Shown here piece by piece: positions 20,902 through 30,846 of a DNA stretch of 44,916 bases; within the stretch, counting starts at the first letter, position 1, and each line of letters begins with the position of its first letter. This DNA comes from Longimicrobiales bacterium. GTDB taxonomy: Bacteria > Gemmatimonadota > Gemmatimonadetes > Longimicrobiales > Gaopeijiaceae. The stretch lies in contig CBDANQ010000007.1 in assembly GCA_965197725.1 (NCBI GenBank), positions 1-44,916 on the forward strand. Reading direction: 5' to 3'. A program made the translations under genes and the position numbers. A model generated the notes under the pieces. It saw nothing but the letters and a program-made list of their open reading frames with translations, had not been told where the DNA came from and did not search any database.

Positions 20902-21894
20902 TCAGTGCATATAGAGATGCCAGAACATCTTCTCGGAGTGTGACTTGGATACCGCGTCGAAGCCGACATGCTCTCCCCACTTGGGGCGGAGCCCCTCGAC
21001 CGCTTTCGTTGAGACCGAGTCCGCGTAATCGATGAACCACTCGTAGAAGGTCCTGTCCTCGTTGAGGAAGGGCCCGAACTCGGTTCGCTGGATCGCCTTG
21101 ATCACGTGCCTGCGGACATCGTCGAAGTAGTCCGTCTCCCAGTCGATGGTCAGGAGCTCCCGGACGGACTCCTCGTACCCCAAGAGATCTTCGGCCCACC
21201 CGAACCCGGGGAACTCGAGAAGTCCGGGGTGCACCAGGTCGACGTTGTGAAGCACCTTGTCGTCCCTCAGTAAGATCCAGCTGTTGTCCGTGGAGTGGCC
21301 CGCCGGCGGCGTCCCCACTTCGATCACCGTACCCTCGAACTCGAACCGACCCCACGGGACCGGAATAATCTCGGTCGGCAGGGGGATTCTCTCACCGTAG
21401 CGCTGGATCTGCCTGCGGGTCGTCTCCGTTCCCACGATACGCAGCTCGGTCCCTGTGCGCTTTGCCTCCTCGACGTAGGCGTTCGCCCCTCCTACGTGGT
21501 CGAAGTGGTAGTGACTGTATACGAGCGTTGTGATCGGAAGCTCCGTGAGCTCTGTCCGGATCGCCTGGATGATCGCTGCGCCACGGCCGTCCCTGGGCGC
21601 GTCGATTACCAGGACCCCCCCGTCGCCGACCAGAACGGTGGATTGATAACCCATCACCTCGACCCAGTACGCTCGCTCCGTGAGTCGTTGGATCGTATAG
21701 GGCCGCATCATCCGGTCGAAGTCGCTCACCCTCAGCTTCTGTCCCGGGACCAGGGGCACAGTCGAGGACGGTGCGATGAGCTCGGTGTCCTGCGCCCGGC
21801 TGGCCATCGGCGTTGACGCCGCGATGGCGAGGGCGGTGATGAGGACGAGCGTCACGTGCGATGTGGGGCTCTGTACTCTGGTGAAGTCGGACAT
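20902..21894 (-). CDS. Exported MBL-fold metallo-hydrolase (possible internal deletion)
   Basis: Signal peptide, HYHFDHVGG, GHS and VD motifs; AGGAGGGAG RBS. Confidence 0.8.
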   Translation of the reverse strand: MSDFTRVQSPTSHVTLVLITALAIAASTPMASRAQDTELIAPSSTVPLVPGQKLRVSDFDRMMRPYTIQRLTERAYWVEVMGYQSTVLVGDGGVLVIDAPRDGRGAAIIQAIRTELTELPITTLVYSHYHFDHVGGANAYVEEAKRTGTELRIVGTETTRRQIQRYGERIPLPTEIIPVPWGRFEFEGTVIEVGTPPAGHSTDNSWILLRDDKVLHNVDLVHPGLLEFPGFGWAEDLLGYEESVRELLTIDWETDYFDDVRRHVIKAIQRTEFGPFLNEDRTFYEWFIDYADSVSTKAVEGLRPKWGEHVGFDAVSKSHSEKMFWHLYMH

Positions 21895-21936
21895 GGTGAT
21901 CTCCCTCCTTTCTGGCTGTTCGTTGGTAGGGTGAGG

Positions 21937-23028
21937 CTAGACCCAGGGCAGCAGAACCACGTTGCCTGTGATCTGGTTGTCGGCGATCGACCGGTGTGCC
22001 TCTGCGGCCTCGCTCAACGGAAGCGCCCGGTCGAGGATCGGTTTGATGTGGCCAGCCGCGACCAACTCGAGACCGTCCTCCAGGTCCTCCTTGTCGCTCG
22101 CCATCGAGCCGAGCAGCCGCTTCTGCGTGAAGAACACACTCCTCACGTCGAAGCTCGTCTCCGTACCGGCCGCAAACCCGTAGAGCACGACGGTGCCGAG
22201 CGGACGTACCGCCTCGATGCTCCTGGGCAGCACATCGCCCCCCAGGCTGTCGATGACGACGTCGACGCCGTGTCCGTCCGTCCATTCCTTGACGCGCGTC
22301 ACGAAGTCATCCGTGCTCGTGTCGATCACGAAGTCGGCGCCGATTGACATCGCGAAGTCCGCGTCTTCCTGACGCCGGACGGTTGTTGCGACCTCGGCGC
22401 CGAGCGCCTTGGCGACCTGCAGCTGCATGCTTCCGGCACCACCCGCGCCGGCGTGGACGAGCACCGTGTCGCCCGACTCGACGCCACCCACGGTCCTCAC
22501 CGACCGCATACCGGTCGCCAGGACCATGGGCAGCGTAGCCATGAGCTCGGGCGGTAGTCCGGTCTCGTCCTTTACCGTGAACGCAGCCGGAAACTCGATG
22601 TACTGAGCGTATGTGCCCGGGCGCCCCAGCCCCGGGACCGTGAAGCTGGCGGCCGTGCCAGCTGGCCGGACGCTCCACTCGCGCTCGTCGAGTGGGTACC
22701 CGGGCACCGGAATGACCGCATCGCCGATCTCAAAACCGGTGACGCCCTCTCCGATAGCCGCCACTTCACCCGAGGCGTCGGAGCCCAGGATGTGTGGCCA
22801 CGGAAGCTCCGGGGCGATCTCGCCCTGTCGAATGTAGTGGTCGAACCGATTCAGGCCGGCGGCGTTCACCTTGATGAGCAGATGACGAGCCCGCGGCTCC
22901 GCGACCGGCACTTCCGCGAGCTCGAGCACATCGGGATCGCCAAACCCCGCGATCAATGCTGCTTTCATCACCCGAGCGATCGACTGCTCCGTTCCCCGCA
23001 CCGTCTCTCTCTTCGTTATCGTCGCCAT
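21937..23028 (-). CDS. MDR-family NAD(P)H quinone oxidoreductase / zinc-binding dehydrogenase family protein
   Basis: MKAA, PHILGSDASGEV, HAGAGGAG, and LPLSEAAEAH...GNVVL; start placed downstream of the sigma54 promoter. Confidence 0.9.
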   Translation of the reverse strand: MATITKRETVRGTEQSIARVMKAALIAGFGDPDVLELAEVPVAEPRARHLLIKVNAAGLNRFDHYIRQGEIAPELPWPHILGSDASGEVAAIGEGVTGFEIGDAVIPVPGYPLDEREWSVRPAGTAASFTVPGLGRPGTYAQYIEFPAAFTVKDETGLPPELMATLPMVLATGMRSVRTVGGVESGDTVLVHAGAGGAGSMQLQVAKALGAEVATTVRRQEDADFAMSIGADFVIDTSTDDFVTRVKEWTDGHGVDVVIDSLGGDVLPRSIEAVRPLGTVVLYGFAAGTETSFDVRSVFFTQKRLLGSMASDKEDLEDGLELVAAGHIKPILDRALPLSEAAEAHRSIADNQITGNVVLLPWV

Positions 23029-23093
23029 CGTTCCCTTTTCCATGTCTTGGCGAGAGGTCTCTGTGCCTCTCCGTCGCTGACTCCATAGGAAAG

Positions 23094-23108
23094 GCATGGC
23101 TCGTGCCA
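23094..23108 (-). promoter_or_regulatory. Sigma54 (-24/-12) promoter for the MDR-MBL operon
   Basis: Minus strand reads TGGCACGAGCCATGC, i.e. GG-N10-GC, next to a divergent sigma54 activator gene. Confidence 0.8.
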
Positions 23109-23162
23109 GACGTGACAGAGACGTAAACGGTTGTCCTACAACATGATGTGGATCTCAGGCCC

Positions 23163-23221
23163 ATCACGAAATATCGTGATAATCACGAACTCTCGTTGAT
23201 ATCATCACGAGTTATCGTGAT
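23163..23221. promoter_or_regulatory. Three tandem palindromes, candidate upstream activator sequences
   Basis: ATCACGA-AATA-TCGTGAT (23163-23180), ATCACGA-ACTC-TCGTTGAT (23182-23200), ATCACGA-GTTA-TCGTGAT (23204-23221). Confidence 0.75.
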
Positions 23222-23282
23222 CTTGCCGCGAAAGGACGGGATCGCGTGAAGCGACGAGCCACCTAGCCTCGAAGGAGGTCGT

Positions 23283-24749
23283 ATGCCCGGAGAAGGCCTG
23301 ACCCCGGATCTGATCAACGAGCTCGAGCAGTACCGGCGCATCCTCAACAACATCCCTGCGGAGATCGGCGTTCTCGACCCCGAAGGCCGATACCTCTTCA
23401 ACACGCCGTCGGGAATCACCGACCCCCAGCTTCGAAAGTGGATGCTCGGCAAGACGAACCACGAGTGGGTGCGAAAGCGTGGTCATCCGATCGAGATCGC
23501 GGACAAGCGCCAGGCCGCCGTCGATCACTGCATAACAGAGAAGGAGTCGGTGACGTTCGAGGAGATCTGGACGGATAAACGCGGCCGCCGGCTCCACTAC
23601 GTCCGCACGTTCAGCCCCGTCGAAGACGAAACGGGGACGGTCACGCATGTCCTCGGATTCGGCCAGCAGATCACGGAGCTGAAGAGGGCGGAGGAGGAGC
23701 TACGGACCGCGTTGGCTGAGGTCGAGGCGCTCACGGATCGGCTTCACGACGAGAACGAATATCTGCGCGAGGAGCTCCAGGCCGAGTACGATTTCGAGGA
23801 GATGGTGGGCGACTCTGCCGCGATGGCCAACGTGCGCGCCGCCATCGAGACCGTGGCGCCGACGGACGCCAACGTCGTGATCAGCGGGGAAACGGGGACC
23901 GGCAAAGAAGTCGTTACCCGGGCGATCCACGCACTCAGCGCGCGGCGTGACAAACCGCTCATCAAGGTGAACTGCGCGTCGATCCCCCGTGAGCTGTTCG
24001 AGAGCGAGTTCTTCGGTCACGTGAGGGGTGCCTTCACCGGAGCGATCAAGGATCGTGTCGGCCGGTTCCAGCTCGCCGATCAGGGAACGTTGTTCCTCGA
24101 CGAGATTGGCGAGATCCCGCTCGGGACGCAGGGCAAGCTACTGTGCGTTCTACAGGAAGGTGAGTTCGAGCGGGTCGGCGAGGCCAAGACACGCAGGGCC
24201 GATGCCCGGATCATCGCTGCCACCAACCGAAATCTCAAAGAGGAGGTCGAGGGTGGCCGTTTCCGCCAGGACCTCTACTATCGACTCAATGTCTTTCCGA
24301 TCGACGTGCCGCCGCTCCGTCATCGCGGCGAGGACATCGAGCTGCTCGCGACTCATTACCTCGAGCGAAGCGTGCGGAAACTCAGTCGGGGACCGCGGTC
24401 GCTCACGTCCGCCGAAGCGTCGACGCTTCGGTCGTACGATTGGCCGGGAAACGTACGAGAGCTGCAGAACGTCATCGAGCGGGCTGTGATCACGAATCGT
24501 GGCGGTCCGCTGAGCTTCGACCTGCCTACGTCGGACCGAAGTTGGCCCTCGGCAGCCGCGACCGCGGCGGGCGCCGAGGTCGACGTGGTTTCCGACGCCG
24601 AGATGCGGAAGAGGGAGCACGACAACGTGGTGCGCGCCTTGGAGCGAGCGAACGGGCGGGTCTACGGACCCGACGGTGCCGCAGTGCTGCTTGGGGTCAA
24701 GGCCACCACATTGGCGTCGCGGATCAAGAAGCTGGGTCTCGGCCACTAA
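23283..24749 (+). CDS. PAS-domain sigma54-dependent Fis-family transcriptional activator
   Basis: N-terminal PAS-like domain, [40 protein letters not shown]-terminal HTH. Confidence 0.95.
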   Translation: MPGEGLTPDLINELEQYRRILNNIPAEIGVLDPEGRYLFNTPSGITDPQLRKWMLGKTNHEWVRKRGHPIEIADKRQAAVDHCITEKESVTFEEIWTDKRGRRLHYVRTFSPVEDETGTVTHVLGFGQQITELKRAEEELRTALAEVEALTDRLHDENEYLREELQAEYDFEEMVGDSAAMANVRAAIETVAPTDANVVISGETGTGKEVVTRAIHALSARRDKPLIKVNCASIPRELFESEFFGHVRGAFTGAIKDRVGRFQLADQGTLFLDEIGEIPLGTQGKLLCVLQEGEFERVGEAKTRRADARIIAATNRNLKEEVEGGRFRQDLYYRLNVFPIDVPPLRHRGEDIELLATHYLERSVRKLSRGPRSLTSAEASTLRSYDWPGNVRELQNVIERAVITNRGGPLSFDLPTSDRSWPSAAATAAGAEVDVVSDAEMRKREHDNVVRALERANGRVYGPDGAAVLLGVKATTLASRIKKLGLGH

Positions 24750-24949
24750 GCGTGTCAACGCCACCGCTGGTCGACGCAAGGCATGGCCACCTTGCCGCGC
24801 TCTTGGCCGAGCGACGAGCACCGCATCCCGCCATCACCCCATGCTGAGCTGACGAGGGTCCATACGCCAGCGAACGCCGGCTCGGTCGTGCTTCTGCGCC
24901 CTTTCCGGCGACCGGTCGAAGGGCTACGCTGACCCTGCCATAATCTCGG

Positions 24950-25501
24950 GTCGAATCGATGTCGCAGCCGTCGGTCCTGTTCGGCAAGCGCGCCAGCGGC
25001 ATTTTCCTAGAAGCGACCTCGACCAAGACCGTGGGACAACGACTCCGCGTGCTCGCCCGACTCCGCCCACGCGATTTCAAACCGAGTCTTCCGGGCGTCA
25101 ACGAGCCGTCCACCGGTCTATCGATGGGCGAGCACACCGAGCTCATGGTGAAAGAATGGGAGATCCCGCGCGAGGAGCAGGACGAAATCGCGTACAGGAG
25201 TCATGTGCACGCGGCCCGGGCGACCGAGGACGGCCGGCTAAAGGCTGAGATCCACCCCCTGGACGGGATCGATCACGACCTGCTGCTCAGGCCCGACACG
25301 TCGATGGAGAAACTCGCGAAGCTCCCTCCGGTGTTCGATCGCAGCGCGGCCGGGACGCTTACGGCTGGGAACTCGAGTCCGTTGACGGACGGCGCCGCCG
25401 CGGTACTGCTCATGTCCGAGGATCGCGTAAGGCAGGAGGATCGTGAGCCACTCGCGTTTGTGAAGGCTTTCGAGTACGCTGGGCGCAGGCGTCGGCGATG
25501 A
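24950..25501 (+). pseudogene. Internal fragment of acetyl-CoA C-acyltransferase (thiolase, FadI-like)
   Basis: VESMS, SMGEHTE, REEQD and GTLTAGNSSPLTDGAAAVLLMSE; the N-terminal Cys and C-terminal His/Cys regions are missing. Confidence 0.8.
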
Positions 25502-25558
25502 TCCTCGAACGGGACGCATAACGAACGACTGACCGAGGACAGAGCCACGCAGGAGGAT

Positions 25559-26735
25559 TCATCCTAGCACCAGCCGGCTAAGCTCATCGCAGTGTGCCTG
25601 GGCGTCGGCCTCACCGATATCGATCACCCGGTTGATGTAGTCGGACTGAAACATCAGTAGGCTCAGGAAGTCGGGGGTACGTGTCTCATGGGTGCCGAGC
25701 CCGCGGGTCAAGAAGCGAAACCAGCGAGGCAGGTCTGCCTCGTGCTCGCGAGCAAACTCGCCTAAGGTCCACCGAAGGCCTGACTACGAGCAGTTCGATC
25801 TCGCGGAGGCCCTTGTGTTTTGCCGCGGGCAACTCGTGAAGCAGGCTGTTGGTCCTATTCAGCTGCTCGGCGTCCTGGTCGATCGCATCAAGAAAAACGG
25901 CATTGAAGAGGTTCCCTAGGATCTGCGCTGGCGGCGGGTACCTGACTTCACGCAATTCGGCCTCCCGAGGGCTGCGCTTGTGCTGTGTCGACACAGTGAT
26001 TATCCGGCTTGCCCCCAGATGCACCGCGGGCGCCAGCGGCGCAGCCATGCGAATACCTCCGTCGCCGTGCCATACATCGGCCAGTCGCACGGCTGGGAAC
26101 AACAGTGGCAACGCGGCCGACGCCATCACGTGGTCAACGGTGAGCCGGACCTTGGCGCTGCACCGGTCGGGTCGTTCCCAAGTCGGGATGTCGCAGCCCT
26201 GGACCCACGTCGTTGTCCGGCCGGTGGCGTAGTTCAGAGTCGTGAGAGCGACCGCATCGAGGCGGCCCGCCTCCAAGTTGTGCGCGATGCCTGAGATCTC
26301 TCCGTCGACTGTACGGAGCTCTCGCTCGAGGAGTTGCGCGAGCGGCCCGGTGTCCACCAGACCACGCACCTCAGGAGCGACCCTGACGCCGCCCGAGACG
26401 AGCCGCATCCCCCAGCGCACTACGTTCCGTGCCATCGCCAGGCCTCCAGTCTGGAAGACGCGGTCGACCTGCAGACCGCACCAGAGCCCACGAAGGTCCT
26501 TGGTGGCTTCAGCGATCCCGCCCTGGTGGTTGGCGAGAAAAGCAGCGTTGACGGCCCCGGCCGACACGCCAGTGACGATGGGGAAACGGTAGTCTGGGGC
26601 CATCTCCGCAAGACAGCGCAGCAGACCGACCTGGTAAGCAGCCCGTGCCCCGCCGCCGGTGAGTGCGATCGCGACCGCGCCTCCCGGAGACCTCTGAGCC
26701 AACGTCCCGGTGGTGTTCTCGCTTTTCGCCATCAT
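25559..26735 (-). pseudogene. Patatin-like phospholipase with a frameshift near 25764
   Basis: GGGARAAYQVG, GVSAG and DGG motifs. Removing one base at GACCTTAGG continues as LGEFAREHEADLPRWFRFLTRGLG...LSLLMFQSDY to TGA at 25559. Confidence 0.8.
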
Positions 26736-26802
26736 TTCTTCACTGCGTGGCTCGGGTCACCCTGGCCAGCCCAGTTGTACTGATCTGCGGCGAGGAACCT
26801 TA

Positions 26803-29220
26803 TCATCGCAGAGAACGAAACGCCTCGGGAACAAACGCATCGACCTGAATCACCTCGTCCCGGACCTCGTCGGCGCCGAGCACGTCCTGGCGCTCCCCTG
26901 TGGTGATGATGCCGGCCTCGACCGCTCGGTCCAGCAACATGTCCCCGGGCGCCTTGTCCAAAAGGCCCGCTCGGACCGCATCTCGGATCTTTCTCTCGAC
27001 TGCCAGGGCTGGAAGCGCATGATCCAGGGCGGAATCGAGCATTCCGAGTCCGGGCTCGTTAGCGGGGGGAACATAGATGTCACGCGTCAACGCCTGGCAT
27101 GCTTCTCGATCCTCGAGGAGCGCGAGCGCCACGGCGGCGCCCAGCCTGTCGCTCGGCGGACTGAGGCGAGCACCCAGTGGGAAGACCACGGGCCACAACA
27201 CCCACGCCGCGAGACGGTTGGGCAGGTTACGGAGAATCCCGACGAGCGCGGTCTGGATCTCGTGCAGGGCGTGCACACAGGACCACTCCACGAACGGAAC
27301 GTCGCAGTCGCGTTCTCCTTCGTCGATGAATCGCTTCAGCGCGGCTGAGCCCAGGTACATCCAAGCCAACGCGTCGGCCAGCCGTCCACTGATCTTCTCC
27401 CGGCGCTTGAGCTTACCTCCCAGGGTGGCCATCGCCGCATCGGATACGACCGCGAAGGCTGCGCTCATGCGCGTCAGCTGACCAAAGTACCGTTTCGCCT
27501 TCCCACTCACGGGACGCCTAACCAGTCGGCCATTCGTCGCTCCGAGCAGCACGGCTCGCACCGCATTGACGATCACGAAGCCCACATGACCGAAAAAGGC
27601 GCGGTCGAACCGCCGCAGGTCACCCTCCGCCACCGCCCGCATTTCCTCCTGCGCATGTGGGTGACAACGGATCGCACCCTGTCCATAAATGATCATGGAA
27701 CGAGTGAGGATGTTCGCGCCTTCGACGGTAATGCCGATGGGTACAGCCTGATACACAGGGGCGAGGATGTTGCGCGGCCCACGACAGATCGCGGCGCCCG
27801 CACGGATATCCATGGCGTCGTTCACCACCCGGCGCATTCCCTCGGTCAGGTAGGCCTTCACGATGGCCGAGGCCACGGCCGGTCGCTCCCCGGCGTCAAC
27901 GGCCCCGGCCGTCATCGTGCGTGCAGCGTTCATCGCATAGGTGAGCCCCCCAATGCGGGCCAGCGGCTCTTCGATGCCTTCGAACCTGCCGATCGGTGTG
28001 TCGAACTGTTCGCGGACCGTGGCGTAGGCGCCCACCACCCGGGCGGCCAGCTCGGCCGATGCCCCGGCGAGGGATGGTAGTGAGATAGACCGGCCCGCGG
28101 CCAGACTCTCCATGAGCATCCGCCACCCCTCGCCAGCCATCTCACGCCCCCCGATGATGAAGTCCACCGGGACGAAAACGTCTCGGCCCCAGTTGGGTCC
28201 GATCTGAAACGGCACACCCATGGGATCGTGTCGAGCGCCGATCTCGATCCCGGGCGTATCGGTGGGGATCAGGGCGCACGTGATCCCGAGGTCCTCCTCC
28301 TGCCCCAAGAGCCCGTCCGGATCGTGGAGCCTGAACGCGAGCCCAATCACTGTCGCGACCGGTCCCAACGTGATGTAGCGCTTGCGCCAATTGAGGCGCA
28401 TTCCCAGAACGTCCTCACCACGATAGGTCCCGCGGCATACGGTCCCTACGCTCTGGGTCGCTGCCGCATCGCTACCCGCCTCGGGGCCGGTCAGGGCGAA
28501 GCAAGGGATTTCCTCACCCGTCGCCAGCCGAGGGAGATACCGGCTCTTCTGCTCCTCAGTACCGTAACGGTGGAGGAGCTCGGCCGGTCCAAGCGAGTTC
28601 GGCACCATAACGGTCACCGCGGTCGTCACGCTGCGGCTGGCCAGCTTTGTCACGACGGCCGAATGAGCCGCCGCGGAGAAGCCCAGCCCACCGTACTCCT
28701 CCGGGATGATCATGCCGAAGAAACCGTGCCGTTTGATGAACTCCCACACCTCCGGGGGAAGATCTCCCCTTTGAACTACCTCCCATTCGTTGACGAGCGC
28801 GCAGAGTTCTTCGACCGGGCCATCGAGGAACGCACGCTCTGCCGTGGACAAGCCGCGGATCTTGAAAGCGAGGAGCTTCCGCCAATCGGGATCACCGGAG
28901 AAGAGATCGCCGTCCCACCAGACGGTCCCCGCTTCCAGAGCGATTCGCTCGGTGTCTCCCATTCGCGGGAGGAGGGGTGCGATAAGCCGCATCACCCACG
29001 AGCTCACCAGGGTACGGCGCAGTGGCCGGACTCCGAAGACGAGCGCCATGACCCCGAATCCGCCGGCTACCACACCAAAGAGGGCTGGAGACCCCACACC
29101 CCTTGCCGCCCACCAGATCAAGGCGAGCGCCCCAGGGGTCACCCACGCCCAGAAGCTGCGGCCTCGATAGAAGAGGGTCATAGCAAGAAGCACGAGCACC
29201 GCGAGAACGACGATATCCAT
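26803..29220 (-). CDS. fadE: Acyl-CoA dehydrogenase FadE (membrane-anchored, long type)
   Basis: N-terminal TM helices, TERIALEAGTVWWDGDLFSG, VMVPNSLGPAELL, FALTGPEAGSDA, ITVEGANILTR, long C-terminal extension. Confidence 0.92.
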   Translation of the reverse strand: MDIVVLAVLVLLAMTLFYRGRSFWAWVTPGALALIWWAARGVGSPALFGVVAGGFGVMALVFGVRPLRRTLVSSWVMRLIAPLLPRMGDTERIALEAGTVWWDGDLFSGDPDWRKLLAFKIRGLSTAERAFLDGPVEELCALVNEWEVVQRGDLPPEVWEFIKRHGFFGMIIPEEYGGLGFSAAAHSAVVTKLASRSVTTAVTVMVPNSLGPAELLHRYGTEEQKSRYLPRLATGEEIPCFALTGPEAGSDAAATQSVGTVCRGTYRGEDVLGMRLNWRKRYITLGPVATVIGLAFRLHDPDGLLGQEEDLGITCALIPTDTPGIEIGARHDPMGVPFQIGPNWGRDVFVPVDFIIGGREMAGEGWRMLMESLAAGRSISLPSLAGASAELAARVVGAYATVREQFDTPIGRFEGIEEPLARIGGLTYAMNAARTMTAGAVDAGERPAVASAIVKAYLTEGMRRVVNDAMDIRAGAAICRGPRNILAPVYQAVPIGITVEGANILTRSMIIYGQGAIRCHPHAQEEMRAVAEGDLRRFDRAFFGHVGFVIVNAVRAVLLGATNGRLVRRPVSGKAKRYFGQLTRMSAAFAVVSDAAMATLGGKLKRREKISGRLADALAWMYLGSAALKRFIDEGERDCDVPFVEWSCVHALHEIQTALVGILRNLPNRLAAWVLWPVVFPLGARLSPPSDRLGAAVALALLEDREACQALTRDIYVPPANEPGLGMLDSALDHALPALAVERKIRDAVRAGLLDKAPGDMLLDRAVEAGIITTGERQDVLGADEVRDEVIQVDAFVPEAFRSLR

Positions 29221-29813
29221 GGGTCCCCCAAATGGTGTTGAGTGGCAGACCGCGCTCAGAGAGCCTCCAGCGTGGAACACGCGTTGAGGCTGAAGTTGAA
29301 CCACCAGACCAGGAGCGTCATAACGAACACGTTGGCCGTCCACACGCCATGGATCTAATCGACTCGTTCGCGGACCCTCGTGTCCAGGAGCAGCGAGACG
29401 CCGCTGAGGAGGTGAAAACCTAGGGGCACCAGTCGGTGTACGGGAAGTCCGTCCCCAGCATCAGGCCAACGATATCAACTCGCAGTAGTGGCTGCAGTCG
29501 ACGAAGAGCCGATCCGGATGTGATTCCTGGAAGAACCCCGTGCCGATCTCGCTGCTCGGTATGTGCGCGGCGATCGTTCAGGGAGTCTCCAACCAGGCCG
29601 TACACCCTCGGATGCTTCGTGGGATAGACCTCAGGGATCAAACCGGCCACACGCGATCCGTCCCGGTTTTTGCACCAACTCACCCGCGTTGCTGAACACC
29701 CCGACCACGAGATACGTTTGCTTGAGCGTCGATTCCTGGGGCGATCATGATTGGCCTCCTTGGATCACAAATCCGTTACGTGGGGCGGCCACACTGCTGG
29801 CGAGGAGAAAAAC

Positions 29814-30029
29814 ATGGCTGAGAGCGTGTACAAAGTGATCGAGCTAGTAGGAACCTCTACTGAGTCGTGGGAGAAGGCCGCGGCAGCAGCCGTCCAACGT
29901 GCTTCCGACTCGCTGCGGGACCTGCGTGTGGCGGAGATCTCAGAGCTGGACCTGCAGCTCAAGGACGGTGCCGTTCAGAGCTACCGCGCGAAGGTCAAGG
30001 TCTCCTTCAAGTACGAAGCCGGCGACTAA
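29814..30029 (+). CDS. Dodecin (flavin-binding)
   Basis: SVYKVIELVGTSTESWEKAA...YRAKVKVSFKY; GAGGAG RBS. Confidence 0.92.
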   Translation: MAESVYKVIELVGTSTESWEKAAAAAVQRASDSLRDLRVAEISELDLQLKDGAVQSYRAKVKVSFKYEAGD

Positions 30030-30054
30030 GAACACTCCGCCACCCACCTAACGC

Positions 30055-30801
30055 TCAGCGATACAAAGGGTTGGGGTGATCGAAGCGGCAGCCTGCATCC
30101 CATGCTGACCGCTGGTTTCCGTGCGCAGGAACCCCGCCCGCGTCTTTGATCATGCGCGCCAGATGCAAGAGGTTCCATGTCATGAACGTCGTGTTGCGGT
30201 TCGTGAAATCGTTTTCTGGCCCGCCTGAAGCGGGATCGAGATAAGAGGGTCCCGGCCCTACACCGCCCAGCCATGCGGCATCCGCTTGCGGCGGAATGAC
30301 GTATCCAAGGTGCTGCAGTGAGTAGAGAACGTTCATGGCGCAATGCTTCGCGCCATCTTCATTCCCGGTGATGAGACAGCCACCGACACGGCCGTAGTAC
30401 GCGTATTGGCCAACCTCGTTGAGTCTGCCTGATGCCGAGTACAGGCGCTCGATCACCTTGGTGCACACGGATGATTTCTCGCCGAGCCAGATGGGGGAGG
30501 TGATAACGAGAATGTCTGCGGCCATCACCTTCTCGAGCATATCAGGCCAGTCGTCCTGCTCCCACGCATGTTCGGTCATGTCGGGATAGACACCGTAAGC
30601 GATGTGGTAGTCGACGGGACGGATCACCTCGGCCGACACGTCGTTCTTCTCCATGATCGCCTGGGAGATCCGAATGAGACCGTCCGTGTGGGACAGCTCT
30701 GGAGAACGCTTCAGAGTGCAGTTCAGGAAGAGCGTCTTGAGATCAGAGAAGTCCCACCTGCTGGACTCGCACGTCGCGAGCTGTCGTTCGCTCAAAGTCA
30801 T
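30055..30801 (-). CDS. Flavodoxin-like NADPH-dependent FMN reductase family protein
   Basis: LNCTLK, ADILVITSPIWLG and GNEDGAKH motifs. Confidence 0.85.
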   Translation of the reverse strand: MTLSERQLATCESSRWDFSDLKTLFLNCTLKRSPELSHTDGLIRISQAIMEKNDVSAEVIRPVDYHIAYGVYPDMTEHAWEQDDWPDMLEKVMAADILVITSPIWLGEKSSVCTKVIERLYSASGRLNEVGQYAYYGRVGGCLITGNEDGAKHCAMNVLYSLQHLGYVIPPQADAAWLGGVGPGPSYLDPASGGPENDFTNRNTTFMTWNLLHLARMIKDAGGVPAHGNQRSAWDAGCRFDHPNPLYR

Positions 30802-30846
30802 GACTGACGCTCCTCCACGGTGACATCGGTTGGCCCCAGCTGCACT

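Noticed and set aside
23163..23221. Possible mini-CRISPR or iteron array
   Set aside because: Units are about 18 bp with 1-3 bp gaps, there are no spacers or cas genes, and the position fits activator binding sites.
29230..29750. Possible gene between fadE and dodecin
   Set aside because: Only short, stop-interrupted frames with no recognisable motif. It may be a decayed remnant but cannot be supported.
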